A stretch of DNA of 63,957 nt, counting the filler, from Actinomycetota bacterium (GTDB lineage: Bacteria; Actinomycetota; Acidimicrobiia; IMCC26256; VFJJ01), in the NCBI GenBank assembly GCA_009886115.1. It is 5 parts of 5 records of this genome, joined end to end, with 100 filler letters (N's around TTAATTAATTAA, not from the genome) between each part and the next. Parts side by side here need not be neighbours in the genome. Positions count along the whole stretch, not along the records: positions 59,026 to 63,957 come from VFJJ01000165.1; 4 more parts are not named here. One strand, given 5' to 3'. Positions 61,849 to 63,957 of the stretch are shown piece after piece (position 1 is the first letter of the stretch; each line of letters begins with the position of its first letter). The translations under genes and the position numbers were made by a program. Below the pieces are notes generated by a model. The model was given only the letters and a program-made list of their open reading frames with translations. It did not search any database and was not told the origin of the DNA.

Positions 61849-62040
61849 CACATCGGCGGCGCCATCACCGGCGGCGCCATCGCCGGCCTCCAGCTCGTGT
61901 TCGCCCAACGCTCGGGCTGCGCTCGTACCGCATGCCCGACCCGCGCCTGTTCCTGTGCTCGGCCTCGACCCCACCCAGCGAGGGCGTCCACGGCATGTAC
62001 GGCCACCACGCCGCCAACGCCGCCCTGGCCCACCGTGCTG
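61849..62040 (+). pseudogene. Phytoene-dehydrogenase-like FAD oxidoreductase 3' remnant, copy 1
   Basis: IGGAITGG...LQLVF, then LFLCSASTPP..GVHGMYGHHAA; frameshifted. Confidence 0.7.
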
Positions 62041-62128
62041 AGCTCAGGCGACGCGGAACGCTCGCGGTGCCGCAGCGTCCGGAACGCTCGCAGCGCCGGT
62101 CAGCTCGCCCGGTAGCCTCGGCTCCCTC

Positions 62129-62201
62129 GGGCGTTTAGCTCAGCTGGTAGAGCACCTCCCTTACAAGGAGGTGGCCGGGGGTTCGAGTCCCTCAACGCCC
62201 A
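62129..62201 (+). tRNA. tRNA-Val(TAC)
   Basis: Acceptor GGGCGTT/AACGCCC, D arm GCTC/GAGC, anticodon arm CCTCC-CTTACAA-GGAGG, T loop TTCGAGT; CCA not encoded. Confidence 0.97.
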
Positions 62202-62261
62202 CGGGTCGTTGTCGATCCGACAACGGGCTCCACGTTGCGGTCACCGGTGGCAGAATGACTC

Positions 62262-62579
62262 ATGTCTCGCGTCACGCTCGACGTAGTCGGAGAGCTCGCC
62301 GTTGACGCGGCGCGCCTCGTGGATGTCTGCGAGCGGTACGGGATCGCCGAGCTTGCTGTCTTCGGGTCAGTAGCGCGAGGAGTGGCAACGCCGACGAGTG
62401 ATGTCGATCTGCTGTACGTGATGGCACCTGGGTGCTCGCTTGGCTTTGCGATCAACCGGCTGGAGGACGAGCTCGCCGAGGTCTTCGGCCGTCGAGTCGA
62501 TCTCGTTGCCAAGCGCGCCGTCCACCGGATGCTGCGCGACAACGTGCTGGCGGAGGCTCGGACGTTGTATGCGGCGTGA
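62262..62579 (+). CDS. mntA: MNT nucleotidyltransferase antitoxin
   Basis: VFGSVARG...SDVDLL (GSX10DXD), GRRVDLV. Confidence 0.9.
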   Translation: MSRVTLDVVGELAVDAARLVDVCERYGIAELAVFGSVARGVATPTSDVDLLYVMAPGCSLGFAINRLEDELAEVFGRRVDLVAKRAVHRMLRDNVLAEARTLYAA

Positions 62580-62919
62580 CGCCGTTCTGCTGGATGAGAT
62601 CGTCAACGCGGTCGGTCGGATCTTCGAGCTCACTGCGGAAATGTCCGCAGCCGAGATCGAAGTTCGCCCCGATCGCCGCGACTCGCTTCTCTGGAACTTC
62701 ACGGTGCTGGGCGAAGCGGTGAGCCAACTCTCCGCTGGTCTCAAAGCCGAACACCCGGCCATCCCGTGGACAGACGCGAGCCGGATACGCAACCGCATCG
62801 TGCACGGTTACTGGTCGGTCGACTTCGAGGTTCTCAGTGCAACAGCACGCGACGACCTGCCGTCCTTCCTGGCTGGTGTCGAGACCGTGTTGGCTTCCCT
62901 CATTGAGGACGCAGGGTAG
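62569..62919 (+). CDS. hepT: HEPN (DUF86) RNase toxin
   Basis: LGEAV, HPAIPW, RNRIVHGY (RX4HXY); overlaps the mntA stop. Confidence 0.9.
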   Translation: MRRDAVLLDEIVNAVGRIFELTAEMSAAEIEVRPDRRDSLLWNFTVLGEAVSQLSAGLKAEHPAIPWTDASRIRNRIVHGYWSVDFEVLSATARDDLPSFLAGVETVLASLIEDAG

Positions 62920-62988
62920 GCGACGACCTCAGGGTGCGGTGCTCCGGTGGAGATGAGCGATCACAGTCGTCCGAGGGATCCCGAATTG

Positions 62989-63212
62989 AGCTTCGCCCCC
63001 GGGTTCGGTGACGTGGTAGCCGCCCGCCACGTCGCCGATCCCGCCTGGTTCGAGGACCAAAACGAGAACTACGTCGGCGGCGACATCGCGGGCGGCTCGC
63101 ATGCTGGCCTCCAGCTCCTGTTCCGCCCCACGCTCGGCCTGCGCCGCCGGAGTCCACGGGCATGTACGGCCACCACGCCGCCAACGCCGCCCTGGCCACC
63201 GTGTTGCGCTGA
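62989..63212 (+). pseudogene. Phytoene-dehydrogenase-like FAD oxidoreductase 3' remnant, copy 2
   Basis: FAPGF.DVV..R...NENYVGGDIAGG...LQLLFRP, deletion, then GMYGHHAANAAL. Confidence 0.75.
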
Positions 63213-63424
63213 CGTGACCCCGAGTGCCCACGGGGCCGCAGCCGCCCGGAACGCTCGCAGCGCCTGTCAGCCGGCCCGGTAGCCTCGGATGCAGTGGGTG
63301 GCCGAGTAGCGGTCGCGGATCTGCCGCTCGGCATTCCCGACCACCGCCTCGGTGACGGTGTCCGACCTCGGTGTTCTGGGCGGGCCCTGAGCGCCGTCTG
63401 ACCTGGTTGTGGGAGGCTCTGTGG

Positions 63425-63957
63425 GTGGAGAGTCCGCCCACTGGCACTGTGACGTTTCTGTTCACGGATATTGAGGGTTCGACGCGTCGGTGGCAGGACG
63501 AACCGGAGGCGATGCGGGCGTTGTTGGTGGAGCATGATGCGATCTTGCGGGACGTGATCGACAAGCGGCACGGTCATCTGTTCAAGCACACCGGTGATGG
63601 TGTGGCGGCGGTGTTCGCGTCTGCGGCCGACGCGGTGGCGGCGGCGGTCGACGCACAAGGACGGCTGCAGGGTGTTCTTCCGGTGCGGATGGGGTTGCAC
63701 ACCGGCGAAGCGGAGTTGCGCGACGGCGACTATTTCGGCTCGACGTTGAATCGTTGCGCAAGGTTGATGGGTGTGGCGCACGGTGGGCAGGTCGTGTGCG
63801 GTGAGGTGACCGCGGGTCTGGTGCGTGATCGTGACGATCTACGCGATTTGGGTGAGCATCGGTTGCGGGATCTGTCGCGGGCTGAGCATGTCTGGCAGGT
63901 CGGTGGCGGCGAGTTTCCGGCGTTGCGGTCGTTGGAGAATGCGCCGACGAACCTTCC
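63425..63957 (+). CDS. Class III adenylate/guanylate cyclase-domain protein (probably cyclase-ATPase-TPR), runs off the window
   Basis: PTGTVTFLFTDIEGST, KHTGDG, VRMGLHTGE, DYFGSTLNRCARL, HGGQ, LGEHRLRDL, PTNL. Not listed in the ORF track. Confidence 0.9.
   Translation, partial: MESPPTGTVTFLFTDIEGSTRRWQDEPEAMRALLVEHDAILRDVIDKRHGHLFKHTGDGVAAVFASAADAVAAAVDAQGRLQGVLPVRMGLHTGEAELRDGDYFGSTLNRCARLMGVAHGGQVVCGEVTAGLVRDRDDLRDLGEHRLRDLSRAEHVWQVGGGEFPALRSLENAPTNL

Noticed and set aside
62129..63957. Classical prophage/ICE attL-attR at the tRNA-Val 3' end
   Set aside because: No duplicate of the tRNA 3' end and no integrase seen in this piece; cannot be excluded beyond the window.

Overview
High-GC actinobacterial DNA, Acidimicrobiia-like by gene content (inference). 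The window is five contig pieces joined by 100-nt N/TTAATTAATTAA spacers, so synteny across gaps is not valid. One exception: the end of piece 4 overlaps the start of piece 2 by 109 identical bp. Piece 1 (1-16313): complete IS21 element, c-di-GMP signalling genes, cupredoxin, vapBC, a decayed response regulator/cNMP/MBL module and two FtsX-type permeases. Piece 2: glucose/glycogen genes, ECF sigma/anti-sigma and egtA-egtB-egtD. Piece 3: a four-gene cluster resembling the mycobacterial methylmannose polysaccharide (MMP) locus, MgtE/DUF1003, an F420-type LLM oxidoreductase, a peroxiredoxin with in-frame TGA at the peroxidatic Cys (candidate selenoprotein, missed by the ORF track), a RecB-like nuclease, WS/DGAT and pdxH. 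Piece 4: two-component system/PepSY, ask-asd, vapBC, two P450s, a thiolase-like/DUF35 pair and a secreted hydrolase. Piece 5: a decayed hotspot around tRNA-Val(TAC) with an MntA/HepT toxin-antitoxin pair. Main highlights: the Sec-Prx candidate, the MMP-like cluster, three fixed-length (47/48/52 bp) intergenic palindrome families, and repeated sharp gene-fragment junctions. All product calls are from motif recognition only; no database search was run.
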